Source: Octopus bimaculoides (Eukaryota). Taken from it: 64,000 bases of DNA. Below are positions 52,267-64,000 of this stretch, piece after piece. The DNA is taken from contig NC_068989.1 of NCBI RefSeq assembly GCF_001194135.2, positions 27,573,812 through 27,637,811 of the forward strand, in the 5' to 3' direction. How positions within the stretch are numbered: the first letter of the stretch is position 1; every line of letters starts with the position of its first letter. Position numbers and translations under genes: made by a program. The notes under the pieces are model-generated. The model made no database searches, was not told the DNA's origin, and worked only from the letters and a program-made list of their open reading frames with translations.

Positions 52267-53300
52267 AATATTCTACATTTGAAGGAATGCATTTCTCCAG
52301 ACGTGTTTTCCATTCTTCGAAGTAGCCCTAGACCTCTTGCGAAGTGATGCCTTTTTACTCCACCGTCATGTTTTTTTCTTTTTCTTCGCCTTCTCCACAT
52401 CTGCAAAACGTTTTCCTTTAGGGACTTTCCTCATTCAGGGGAAGAAAAAAAAATTGCAGGAAGAAAGATCGGGTAAATAGGGTGGGTGAGTAAGCGGAGT
52501 CATGCCATTTTCGGTCAAAAACTGTCTCACATCCAAGTCGATGTGCGCAGGCGCATAGTCGTGATGAAACTCCCACTCGCCACTTTGCCACAGGTCGGAG
52601 CGTTTTCGTCAAATCGCGACTCGTAAATGCTTCAGAACTGCCGAGTGAAATGTCCGGTTAACAGTTTGACCAGGAGTAGAAAATTCTGTGTGCTTAATTC
52701 TTTTCGCGTCGGTGAAACAAACCATCATCGCCTTGACATTGTACTTCACTTGACGCGCCCGTTTGGGGAGTGGTGACATCGAATGCTTCTATTGACTTGA
52801 TCGCTGCCTCGTTTCCGCATCGTAGCCGTAGCACCGGCTTTCGTCACCACTGATCACCTTCAAAAAGATCCGGATCAACTTTCAACTGTTCTTTCAGTTC
52901 ACGAGACGCATTCAATCGTGACCGTTTTCGAGGTACAAATTTTACTGCAACTCTTTTCATTCGCAATTCCTCGATGAAAATTCGTTGGCAGGAGCTCCAG
53001 AACACGCCAATCATATCAACAAGTTTGTCGAGTGTTCGGCGACAGTTCTCTAGGAACAGTTCATGTTTTCATTCGTTTGGTAGGTCGACTGTAGCCCTGT
53101 ACGAAGCTGGTCTTCAAACAACAATTGTCCTTTCCTAAAGCGTGAAAACCACTTGTAAACTTGTGTTTTGCTCATGGCAGCATCCTTGTAAGCTTTTTGA
53201 AGCATGACAACTGTTTCGACGGCAATTTTCCCCAGCAGAAAACAAACTTTCACGGCAACGCACTGTTCCTTCGTTTCAGTCATCGCAAAAATCGGCGAAC
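52267..53300 (-). mobile_element. Mariner transposase pseudogene (second subfamily)
   Basis: EQCVAVKVCFLLGK...AMSKTQVYKWFSRFRKG; KRVAVKFVPR; VISGDESRCYGYD; HHDYAPAH; THPPYLPDL; WKTRLEKCI. Confidence 0.9.
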
Positions 53301-54914
53301 AGGGGAGAAGCATTGTAAAACAAATACACACTACGTGGCAGTATGAACTTACCCCAAAATACCGGTGGACAGACTGATACCTGAGAGTTGCAACAAGTGG
53401 CTTCTAGAGGCAGAATCCTGAAGTATAAACGGCTTGTCCACAGAGAAAGGTTCTGATTTCCCTTAGTATGATGTGGTAATGTTTCAACAAGTAGAAAAGC
53501 ATCGATCAGCTAAGAGAATGAAGATAATCGATCAAGAAAAAAAGAGAAAAAAGAAAATCTTGCAATTATAGCTACCCTGGTTTTCGTGGTCGAAATAATA
53601 ATTTATTACGCCATTTACCAATCTGAAAACAAGACCGTTTGTCAGTTGCTTTTTGAGTAGATAACGTTTAAACAAGGGACACGTGTAAAGAAAAAGATGA
53701 AAAAAAAAAGACAGAGGTAATATATATTATACCTACTACTTATACTATTGTGGAAGGGTTCATATACATATAAACGTCTATTCTATTTGAACCTGCACGT
53801 TTCTAGAGTCGTGTTATAGCATTATTCTAATTTATCAAAGATTTTCTTGGTAGACGAAATACTGTATATGTTTTTACTCATATTACACACGAGGTTTTGT
53901 TTACTGTAAGCACGTAACAAAATCTTTTATGTATGCAAGATAGATTATTTTTAGGTTATGAAAGTTCGCGGTGATGTGTAACAAATTTATATTACTGAAT
54001 ATAATCACGCTACCTATCTTCAACAGGAAGATTTTAAATATCAAAACGCCTTCTCTTTCTATATAACCCAGACTCAATGCTTGTGAGTATATTGTTCTCT
54101 CTAGCGATGTGTAGCCCTCAAAGTTCACATGCTGTTGATATAACGTATACATCACGCAGGCGTCAACATTATTTGAACCGAAATCCTTTGACCAATTGGA
54201 GACTTTATACAGAGGTAGGGACATTTAGGCCTGAGTCGAGTCACAATTTGTCAAGTATGTGATGAACTAGTGTTTAGGTTCCTAGTGTGTATGGAGAAAT
54301 ACAGTCTACGCAAGTGAAATCACTGATGTTCTTGAACCAATCTAATGCAGTATGGCTATTCTTTTCATTTCTAGATATCAGCTGCTTTTCTCTTCCTATC
54401 CTCTTTTTTACGAAATATTATATGACAGACATGCCCACTTCAAGATTGGTGGCATTAATAACTCTTCACTAAGGATTATTGGTGAAATGTTGAGATCCTT
54501 AAGAGTGATAAATGCTTTGCATTCGTTTATCACTCGTAATATGGCATCTATTTTAATTCAGCTGCTTTTTTCTTTGCTATATTGCTTAGGATGTAATACA
54601 TATGTTTACTGGTTATCTTATAAATATGGATTATACGTACGCTCCAATTTTTTGGACATCACAGAGATACTTACTCGTGTCTGAAAAAATTGCATTTCAT
54701 TAGATTTCATAAATTGTATTGGGATGTATATGCTCGAATATTGGACATAAATATATTTGCTAATATATACAAGTACATATATATGTGTCTGAGTGTGTGT
54801 GTATGTCTGTGTTTGTATGTGTGTGCGTGCGTATGTGTTTGTTACCTTGTGTGTGTCAGTATGTGTGCATGTATTTAAACTTTTATATTAGTGTTCCGTA
54901 CATATGCACGTGGC

Positions 54915-54975
54915 ATTCATGCGGGTATATGACTGATACACATATGTATCTTAAAAGTCAAATACCCGCATGAAT
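54915..54975. other. 61-nt hairpin with a 19/20-bp stem
   Basis: attcatgcgggtatatgact / agtcaaatacccgcatgaat. Confidence 0.6.
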
Positions 54976-55003
54976 ATATTTATTTGTATGTGTGTGGTAT
55001 GCT

Positions 55004-55071
55004 TACATGCGTGTAGCTACATGCGTGTAGCTACATGCGTGTAGCTACATGCGTGTAGCTACATGCGTGTA
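55004..55071. repeat. Perfect 14-bp minisatellite (tacatgcgtgtagc)x4.8
   Basis: Direct reading of the sequence. Confidence 0.95.
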
Positions 55072-55342
55072 TGTAGAGTGAAATCCACAGTGAGCTGGCT
55101 AGTGAAAGAGAGGTTGTATGGATGAATGTAATGATTAAGACATATATACGTAATTATCAACATGTTTGAACATATTTTCGTTTCGCCAGCTTATATGCAA
55201 ATATGTGTGTCCGAACACGCACTTCTGTGCCTGTGTGTATATTTGTGTGCACCTATGTAGCTTACTTCGTGCATATATTTATGTATGACTACACACAAAT
55301 GCGCGCGCGCACACACACACACACACATATGTATATATATAA

Positions 55343-55400
<58 letters not shown>

Positions 55401-56390
55401 ATGTATATGCATGTATAAATATATGTATACACGCTCCAAATTACTTATACACATATATACATGGTTTATCTAACCTATCTCACTTATTGCCGTGTACTCA
55501 ATAACATTTCTCCTTAAAAAAATATTCGCAAAATTCCCCATTTATTAATGTGTATGAATACGGTACAATAATGTATTTTTTATTATTGTTGTTGTTTCTT
55601 TTCTTCAGACAATTATGTTAACTTCATGGAACTCCCATGCCAATATTCTACTTTGAGAACCACTATTCAAAGATATCTGCTTCTGATTAAAGTTTGCTTT
55701 TATTTTATCTTGGTTTCATAACGTTGTTATTCAAAGCCGTAATTATTGTTTATTCATACTAACAGAATACATCTTCTATGACATATGGTTCACATAAGCA
55801 TATTTTTCAAGGTATAATTGTTGAGAAACAGAAATAGATTCATATCCAATTATCTTAAAGAGTTATTCTCCTTCTTTTGTGACATCACGTATTATATTAC
55901 GTATTTGAACACGTATTGAAGTCATAAAGTAGCAGCCTGTACTTATGTGTGTGTATATATGTGTGTGTATGTGCGTGTGTGTGTGTGTGTGTGTGTGTAT
56001 TATATATATATATATGTATATATATATANNNNNNNNNNNNNNNNNNNNNNNNNNNNNNNNNNNNNNNNNNNNNNNNNNNNNNNNNNNNNNNNNNNNNNNN
56101 NNNNNNNNNNNNNNNNNNNNNNNNNNNNNNNNNNNNNNNNNNNNNNNNNNNNNNNNNNNNNNNNNNNNNNNNNNNNNNNNNNNNNNNNNNNNNNNNNNNN
56201 NNNNNNNNNNNNNNNNNNNNNNNNNNNNNNNNNNNNNNNNNNNNNNNNNNNNNNNNNNNNNNNNNNNNNNNNNNNNNNNNNNNNNNNNNNNNNNNNNNNN
56301 NNNNNNNNNNNNNNNNNNNNNNNNNNNNNNNNNNNNNNNNNNNNNNNNNNNNNNNNNNNNNNNNNNNNNNNNNNNNNNNNNNNNNNNNNN

Positions 56391-56441
<51 letters not shown>

Positions 56442-56461
56442 ATTCTGTGTGAGTGTGTGAG

Positions 56462-56555
56462 TTTATAGGCGTTGGCGTGGCTAAGTGTTGAGGAGTTGGC
56501 TTCCCAAGTGCACGGTTCTGCGTTGCGTTCAGTACCATAACGTGGCACCTTGGAT
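56462..56555 (+). mobile_element. Decayed SINE head (major family)
   Basis: ggcgttggcgtggctaagtg...gttcagtaccataacgtggcaccttgg. Confidence 0.5.
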
Positions 56556-56574
56556 CCACTCATTCGATCTGCTG

Positions 56575-57760
56575 GTCGGAGGCACGTAACATCTTTACTA
56601 ATAGAGGTAACAATAGTATTTTTCAGTCAGGATTGTGAAAAACTCTGAAACGAACTTCTTAGCGAGATCGAGTTGTTTCTTTTGAGCTCGGTTCAGGTTG
56701 TTCCAAGAGCTTTCATGCCTTGTTTGCTGTTTTCTCTTCTTTTAAACACCATATATAGTTGAGGAAAGATGGGATAGTAACTAAAAGTGGGCCCGTGATT
56801 ATTCAGTCGTTGCTTAAAAGTCATTCCCCATTGCTCCAACATATTTCCTTGTATGTGTCCTTAAGTTATTGGTGTTGCTACTGTTGTTGTTGCTATCGCT
56901 GCCCTCGCTGCTGTTACTGCGGACATGTTGCTCGTGCTGCTGCTGTTACTGCTGGACACTACCTCTGCCTCGTAAACCACGGCCGCGGAGTTGCATCGAC
57001 CACCCACTGGGTATACACTAAATGAGGCCCTTAAGTTTTTTTCATGAAATAATCTACCGTCCCTATGGTATTGCGTCCACTAATCTGAGGAAGATCCTTC
57101 CCACACAGGTCTTAACGTTTCGTGAGACAGGTGGGTCTAACCAAATGACCTTCTTTTGTGGGTGTTAGGCCCCGAGAAATAGTAGATGCAGAGTAAACTT
57201 GCTGGCCGCCAACGCCTAGTTGTAATATGTGGGGAGGAGGACCACAGCTTCGAAAATCTCCTTATTCGAGGACAACTCCGAAATCCTCTTACTAACACTC
57301 TTCACCAGGTATGTGAAGGGAGCTGTGTTAATGTACGACAGCATTTCAATTATCCTATGGCAGGGCCTGTGTGAGCAGGTATCCAAAACGAGCGTAACAT
57401 GTAAAAAGTTAACTATGAAAAGATTGGTCTCGATTGTGATCTTAAGAGAGCTAAACGTGTGAATTAGATCCTTTATAAACCGATTTGCACCGCTGGAGAT
57501 GATTAATGCATCATCACTGTATAGATGAAAAAGGACTGGCAGAAACATCATCGTTAAGGTGTCTGTGTATCTGTATCCCTAATGTTAGGAAATTACCTTG
57601 TGAATATAAGCGCCTTAGCTAGTAACCTTTTTGATATAGACAGATAAAAGTCTACTATATTGGATTGGGTGAACCTTACCTGTCTCTAACCCGGTTTGTT
57701 TTAAACTATGAAATAACTTCGTTGGTATTACATTAATAGAAGAGACCCTATGTCTTCTCT
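56575..57760 (-). mobile_element. Penelope-like element (Naiad-type), RT and GIY-YIG, internally deleted
   Basis: IVDFYLSISKRLLAKAL; LYSDDAL; VNFLHVTL; SVSKRISELSSNKEIF; VIWLDPPVSRNVKTCVG; GGRCNSAAVVYEAEV; KYVG...TFKQRLNNH; NYIWCLK; LTEK. Confidence 0.85.
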
Positions 57761-57854
57761 ATGTCATTCTTGATCTTTCTCAACATGTACTTGCACGCCA
57801 GCCCGATTTCCGATTTCATTGTACTTGTCTCCCTACCACTCTCTCACTATCTAT

Positions 57855-57906
<52 letters not shown>

Positions 57907-57943
57907 CTATCTATTTATCTATATATATATATATTTATCTCTG

Positions 57944-57992
<49 letters not shown>

Positions 57993-58025
57993 NNNNNNNN
58001 NNNNNNNNNNNNNNNNNNNNNNNNN

Positions 58026-58057
<32 letters not shown>

Positions 58058-59181
58058 TGTCTGTCTGTCTGTGTGTCTGTGTGTGTGCGTGCGTGCGCGT
58101 GTAAGTGTATACACATACTGTTATGGACACTGATTGGCCATACCATACAGTCAATCTCTTATATGGAGTACCCCAAGAACTCCCTTGTTTATTTACTCAG
58201 GAAAATGCAATACTTAGGATACCATTTATGCTACATCCCACCAAGAATGTGTAGAATGTACGTTCGTGAGGAATTAAAATATTATGTAGTACATTGTAAA
58301 GAAGACAGATTGCAACCCACTGACTTCTTTCTGTTATAGATATTTAACTTACTTTAAATTATCAAATGCAGTCACAGCGAACCCAAGTCAACCGGCAGTC
58401 ACACAACTGAGTAAAAGAGACATGCACCGATTATCATCCCTACACATTACTGCAACTAGTAATAATAATGACATGCATTTGGACATTTTGTTGGAAGAAA
58501 CGAATACATTTTTATACCTGGCAGGTGTGTACATTGGTTATTTCCCTCCTTTATCTTGAAAAAGAAGCCTCTTATAAATGCAAACTGGATTCCTTTTCGT
58601 TTTCTACGTGAGGTTATACAACGTTGTATATTTCCAATGCTTTGTGTATCGGATACAAAGAACTGTGGAATAGTTTTCAGAAATTTTACGCCGGTTCTGA
58701 AAAGAAGCAGAACGTTAAAAGAATTAGAATGATATTAAGTTCTAAACTTCTAAATCGAGTATTAAAACGACCCCTATACATGGCATTCTAATGGAGAAAA
58801 GAGAGAAATAGTTCAAAACATTCTCTTTGACGAAGTAGAGAGAAATCAGTAAAGTATTCCTCTCTTTTCATTATTCAACATTAGTTAAAACAATTTTCAG
58901 ATCAGATATATAATACGTCACACACCCAACAAATACGTGGTACCTAGGCGCCAATTGCTGCATTATAACTATTGTTGTGTGATCTCTGACTGCGATTTGC
59001 ATAGACTAAACATAACCGAGCCTACAATTTTGGCAATTTTCAATAATAATTAACGTAATAATTGACAGAAAAATCGACTGATAATCAATTAACAAAACGA
59101 CATTTTATTAACAGAGAAAATAACATGACCTTCAAAAGATAGAATGTAATATAAAAACAGTCTGGAAATTATTTTTCTTCC

Positions 59182-59221
<40 letters not shown>

Positions 59222-59298
59222 NNNNNNNNNNNNNNNNNNNNNNNNNNNNNNNNNNNNNNNNNNNNNNNNNNNNNNNNNNNNNNNNNNNNNNNNNNNNN

Positions 59299-59317
<19 letters not shown>

Positions 59318-59358
<41 letters not shown>

Positions 59359-60910
59359 CCAGCATTACTTCTGAAGTTCTCAACTGATTTTCTCCAAACT
59401 GGGAACATACAATACTTATATTTCAGAGATGGGTTTAGACCCTTAAAGTTTTTCGCATAATGAGTAACGGGCCCTGTGGGAGGAGTAAACACCCTTTCCT
59501 GGGATACGTGGGGAAGGGAGGGAGATAACTCTTTGCGAAGTAACTTTCAGATATTGATTGTCTACCTTACATCCATTGGTCAAAAAGTTTCTCAAATGTC
59601 TATGTGAAACAGCAATACTGGCTCCAAAAAAACAACACAGTTAGTAAAATTAATGAACAGCTGCTGCAGTACCTTTCTGGAAGTCCTCACATCTATATAA
59701 GTTGGCTGATACAATCCCAGATCCAGAAGAGGTGATAAATTATCCAACAAAAGTTCTCGATTCATTGAAGCCTCCAGGACTCGTTCCCACAGATTGGAAC
59801 TTAAACTGAGAACTTCAGTAATGTTATTGAGGAATTTGGATGCACCAACATTCTGCAATGAGATACACCTGGTGGTAAAGAAGATGGTGCCACATGTAAT
59901 TGAGACCACCATTCTCTCTGGATGTGGAAAAGGAGAGGAGGTTTTCATACCCAGAATTCCCCTCATTCCATTGAGAGCAGAAATTCATTTTTCATTCAGA
60001 AGAGTGCAATTTCGATTCATATCAGCTTGGCAACGTCAATCAATAAATCTCTGGGTCAAACACTGTCTGTAGTAGGACTTCACTTGGAACAGTCATGCTT
60101 CTCTCACGAGAAATTAAATGTTGGCTGCTCTAGAATGGAAAGCAAAACAAAATCTATTTGCATTTTTTCCACAAGGGAAAACAAAGAATATTGTTTACCA
60201 AGAGGTTTTGTAGGAATTATTACATCTTACGATGCACTCCAGTATCAACTACTCTTTTTGAATGGGGAAGATGGATACCATTTCGGTATAATACCAATAA
60301 AACCGAAGACAGCATCAAAAAAGCAGTTTCCTGCATGGACTTCAGAATCAAAGCATATTCTCCAATTACACTCACCAACGACGCGGTAAACCATTACGTC
60401 TTATTTTTTCAATATATTCCTACATATTCTCATGTGATTGCATACGTTCAGTTTATGTTTCTTATTCTACAGCCACACCAACAATCCAATGTCAACTGTT
60501 CGCCTTCTGCAACATTTCAACAGTTCACTTTCCCGTTGCCGTCTCCCAATGCAGAACTTTTCCGGAACGTAACCCTTTACGTACAATATCTCCATTATAC
60601 CTACATTCATTCGATTATCAATCATACAATAGGTTGTGTTAGACGCAGCGCCGACCGCCGCAAAGGAGAGTATATCCACTGACAGCTTTTCAGTGCGTTA
60701 AAAATTACATACACCCATGACAGGTCAGAGCCTGGAATCCTCCAAAAGCACGCCTGACATGTTGCTTAGTCGAATTAGCTCATCATTTACGCCGCAAATG
60801 TTTTGTCGTCAATGCTGCACTTTCCCGCATCATATGTTCCAACATAACTGTAATATATATATACAAATTATGCCACTTTAATCCCGAGCATTGTCGGGTA
60901 CCGCTGCTAG
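59318..60910 (+). mobile_element. Non-autonomous Helitron carrying RepHel fragments
   Basis: PIF1 helicase C-terminus at 59650-60213 (PPGL..HRLELK, VMLLRNLD, VFIPRIPLIP, SINKSLGQTL, CFSH, KTKNIVYQEVL*). 3' hairpin cccgagcattgtcggg plus CTAG|T at 60883-60910. Confidence 0.88.
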
Positions 60911-60920
60911 TATATAATAT

Positions 60921-61165
60921 TACTCTTTTACTTGTTTCAGTCATTTGACTGCGACCATATTGGAGCACCGCCTTTAGTCGAGCAAATCGACCCCAGGACT
61001 TATTCTTTGTAAGCCTAGTACTTATTCTATGGTTTTCTTTTTGCCGAACCGCTAAATTATGGGGACGTAAACACACCAGCATCGGTTGTCAAGCGATGTT
61101 GGGGGAGGGCGGACAAACACAGACACACAAACATATACACACACATACATATATACATATATACA
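60921..61165 (-). mobile_element. SINE 3' half (major family)
   Basis: tactcttttacttgtttcagtcatttgactgcg...gcaccgcctttagtcgagcaaatcgaccccagg... Confidence 0.9.
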
Positions 61166-61614
61166 ACGCATAAACTATCCATTTATGCATCCAACTAGCG
61201 GGATGTAAATTGCATAAATGCTAAGAAAAATATCATGTAGTTCTAATTGCCTAACCAGTATTGGAAAGCCGGCGACCCTGATGAGTTTCAAGACTGCCGA
61301 AACTAGTGAAAGGAAGTGCAGAAGTTAGCTGCACGTAAGACATGGTTTGAAAGCTTGAAAAAGTACGGATTCTGGTAAATTTTGATGGATTTAATAAACA
61401 ACAGATTAATTTACTGTCCAAGAACTGGTAAGGCTCTAACGACTGTCTCGCGCAGTTTCCATCCATTCATTACCACAGCTTCGGGTAAAAACGGCGCTAA
61501 CTTCTTAAACGCAGAGCCTTAATAGTGTAGTCCTTAAATTTTTAGAATATTCTTCTGAATTATCTATCTTCAGGTTTTAGTTTATAATTCCTTATTGAAA
61601 TTTCAACAATACAT

Positions 61615-61760
61615 TGGTTTCCAATTTAGGTCAAAAGACAGCAATTAGGAGAGGGTTCAGTCGACATAAACGACCCAATTACTTGAGTGGTAATTTATGT
61701 TATATATTACTGAGTGATGAAAGGCAAAGTTGACATCAGTGGAATTTGAATTTAGAATGT
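61615..61760 (-). mobile_element. Decayed SINE (16768-type family)
   Basis: gatgaaaggcaaagttgacatcagtggaatttgaatttagaatgtaaa matches the reverse complement of that family's core. Confidence 0.55.
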
Positions 61761-63297
61761 AAAAAATTCTAAACAGGCACATAATGAAATCCTGTTCCCT
61801 TTTTATTATTTGACGTTTTCATTTACAGAATATATCGATTTAGAAATAAAGTACAGTCTTCTAAGTCATCACGACAGAGTTCACCAATGCCGAAAGATTT
61901 TCTAGACGTAACCAGCGAGTTATATGTTATTTTATTTATACATATAGAGAGCATGGGGTTAAATATCTACTGCACTTTTTAAAACTATAGGCTGTGATTT
62001 TAGCACGATTTGACTGCTATTTATTTCTAGTTTACTTAAGGGTTGCGGTATAGAAATTAATTATATTTCTACTGCCATGTATTCTCTGTGACTGACACGA
62101 CTTGAATATTTTAAAACTGCAGGAAATCTCAATGTGAATAGAATAAATGAAGTGCAATTCAAAATAAGTTATGAAATTATTGCAAAATGATATAACACAA
62201 TACGCCTAAAAATCTACATTGAGCATCTAACGCCAGATAGAATTCTAGACCTCGATTTTTGCAAGAATTCACCACACACCAGACATTTCATGCTTTATGA
62301 AAAATGCGCTTTTCACAAATAGGTTTCTTTTATATATACACAATTTTTACTTAGTCAGAAAATATATAAAAAAGAAATAACATCAATCGTCGAAACGAAA
62401 CACTATTCATGTAATTTTAACGAACTATTAACTTTGAAATATTAATCGCATAAATATATTAAACATGTTATCATAATGTTCAATTTTACTGCAAAATAAA
62501 ATATATCGTAACTGAAATAATTTTAAATGAGAAAGGTGAATGTATTGAGGATTAAAATGTGAGAAAATATTTTCCTTTATACATGTAGTGTGTGTGCGTG
62601 TGTGTGTTTATGTGTGTCTGTGTGTGCGTGAATATATATCGAATTATTAATATATGTACAAGTGTACACTTACGCTGCTCTCAAATCCCCTCCTCACCTC
62701 ATATAAAGTACGATACTCTGAAATCATAAATCTTCAGCAGATCTGAGAGTGGACTTACCTAGAATAAAAGGCAAAACCCTTAAATAAGTCACAGTTGGCT
62801 AGTTCGCTCACAATTGCATAAACACAAGCACACATGCAAGCAGTCGCACGAGGTGAACACAGCCACGCACACAAGCAATCGTGCTCGCACGTGAACACAC
62901 AAACACAAGCTCTCCGTTTACTTCCACACTTACTTTCTCTTCTATGCACACACAATTCTACACAAACACATAGAAGCATGCATACAATATACGTAAGACC
63001 AATTCTCAGACAGACTCGGAGCAAACATTGGAACATTAGCGGAATCACTATGTCACTGAACAGTAGCGACAGCGACGACAAAATGTTGACTAACAAACAT
63101 CCAATTGATTGTTTAACATTCACATTAAACAAACGATCGATTAGTTAGTTTGTTGGGTTGGATATTTGATAAACTAACAATAAACAAGTGGAATTAAACT
63201 TGTACGTGTGGTATTATTGACATAATGACTCTCCAAAGACAGACACAATGATATATGTATATATTAATAGTAATAGTATGACAACAAAAGAATGAAT

Positions 63298-63430
63298 GAG
63301 ACCTCGATATTATGTAAATAGAGGAATTTATCTGTAATATAATGTGTGACAATATTTCAGTTGCCATAATAAAACTCCGAGTTTCGGATGTCGAGGCGGA
63401 AATCTGCTCCGGCATCTCGTCAATTATTAA
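63298..63430 (-). mobile_element. Pseudo-LTR fragment with decayed hammerhead (63367-63429)
   Basis: Same terminus as 15349-15386. Minus strand UAAUAA uUGACGA gaug...cauc c GAAA cucggag UU | UUAUUA. Confidence 0.55.
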
Positions 63431-64000
63431 GAGAAACAAAAATGCTACGAAAATGATCGTTATTAAGACAAACAAAAGAGCTATTGGAAAGACCGTTAAA
63501 TAAAGAGACAAAATCCAAAGGGGAGAAAGTAAGAAGTGCTCATACAATTCGCGTACATACTTTATATATATTTTTATGTATTTTTATTGCTTTATATGTT
63601 TCTAAATATTTTTTTCTGTATATTACCTTTCACCGTGCATTTTTTGTTCATGTGCGTATATAGACGTGTATATGAACATATTTGCGCGCGTACGGGTATA
63701 TATACGTGTGTGAGGGTATGTATATGTGTATGGTTGCATATATATGTATACATATATGTCTCTGTATGGGTGTGCATGCATGTGTTTCACGCGAGTGTGA
63801 GAGAGCATATGCCTATATAGCATATGCGTATTTACACTAATAGAAGAATATAATTGTGCGCGTATGGGTATGTGTACGCGTGTGCGTGCGTGTGTGTGTG
63901 GATATGTATATGTGTAAATGTGTATGGTTGCATATATATGTGCACATGTAGGCGTGTGTGTGGGTGTGTATGTATGTTACGCGCAAGTGTGAGTGAGCGT

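Noticed and set aside
54071-54081. Other isolated + strand exon-like signals (11-bp microexon here; also near 47947, 55608 and 61829)
   Set aside because: Cannot be chained by phase with confidence, and such pairs are expected by chance in 64 kb of AT-rich DNA.
61270-61315. ctgatga...ccgaaactagtg hammerhead-like string
   Set aside because: No stem I pairing, no convincing stem II, and G at the cleavage position.
62755-63148. 125-aa (-) and 104-aa (+) ORFs
   Set aside because: Low-complexity CA/TG-derived composition, overlap with a dispersed repeat, and no recognisable motif.

Overview
AT-rich, gap-ridden (N runs) eukaryotic animal DNA packed with microsatellites ((TA)n, (CA)n, (GA)n, (CATA)n, (GATA)n, (ATT)n). 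The SINE families and (TTAGGG)n suggest a cephalopod, probably Octopus (inference). There is no prokaryotic content and no CRISPR array. Most ORFs in the supplied track are artefacts of microsatellites or gaps. Recognisable content is decayed transposons: four Penelope-like (Naiad-type RT/GIY-YIG) ORF remnants, CR1/L2, RTE, Tx1/L1 and R4/Dong-like (RLE) non-LTR fragments, three mariner remnants, several Helitrons and many tRNA-derived SINEs. Two signals stand out. (1) At least eight hammerhead-ribozyme motifs sit in Penelope pseudo-LTRs, including two intact type I hammerheads facing outward in a ~210-bp inverted repeat at 45903-46494; the outward-pointing inverted-terminus layout recurs at five loci. 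(2) Six small, phase-compatible + strand candidate exons (23733-34132) splice into an uninterrupted ~100-aa reading frame with three N-glycosylation sequons that I cannot assign to a known family.
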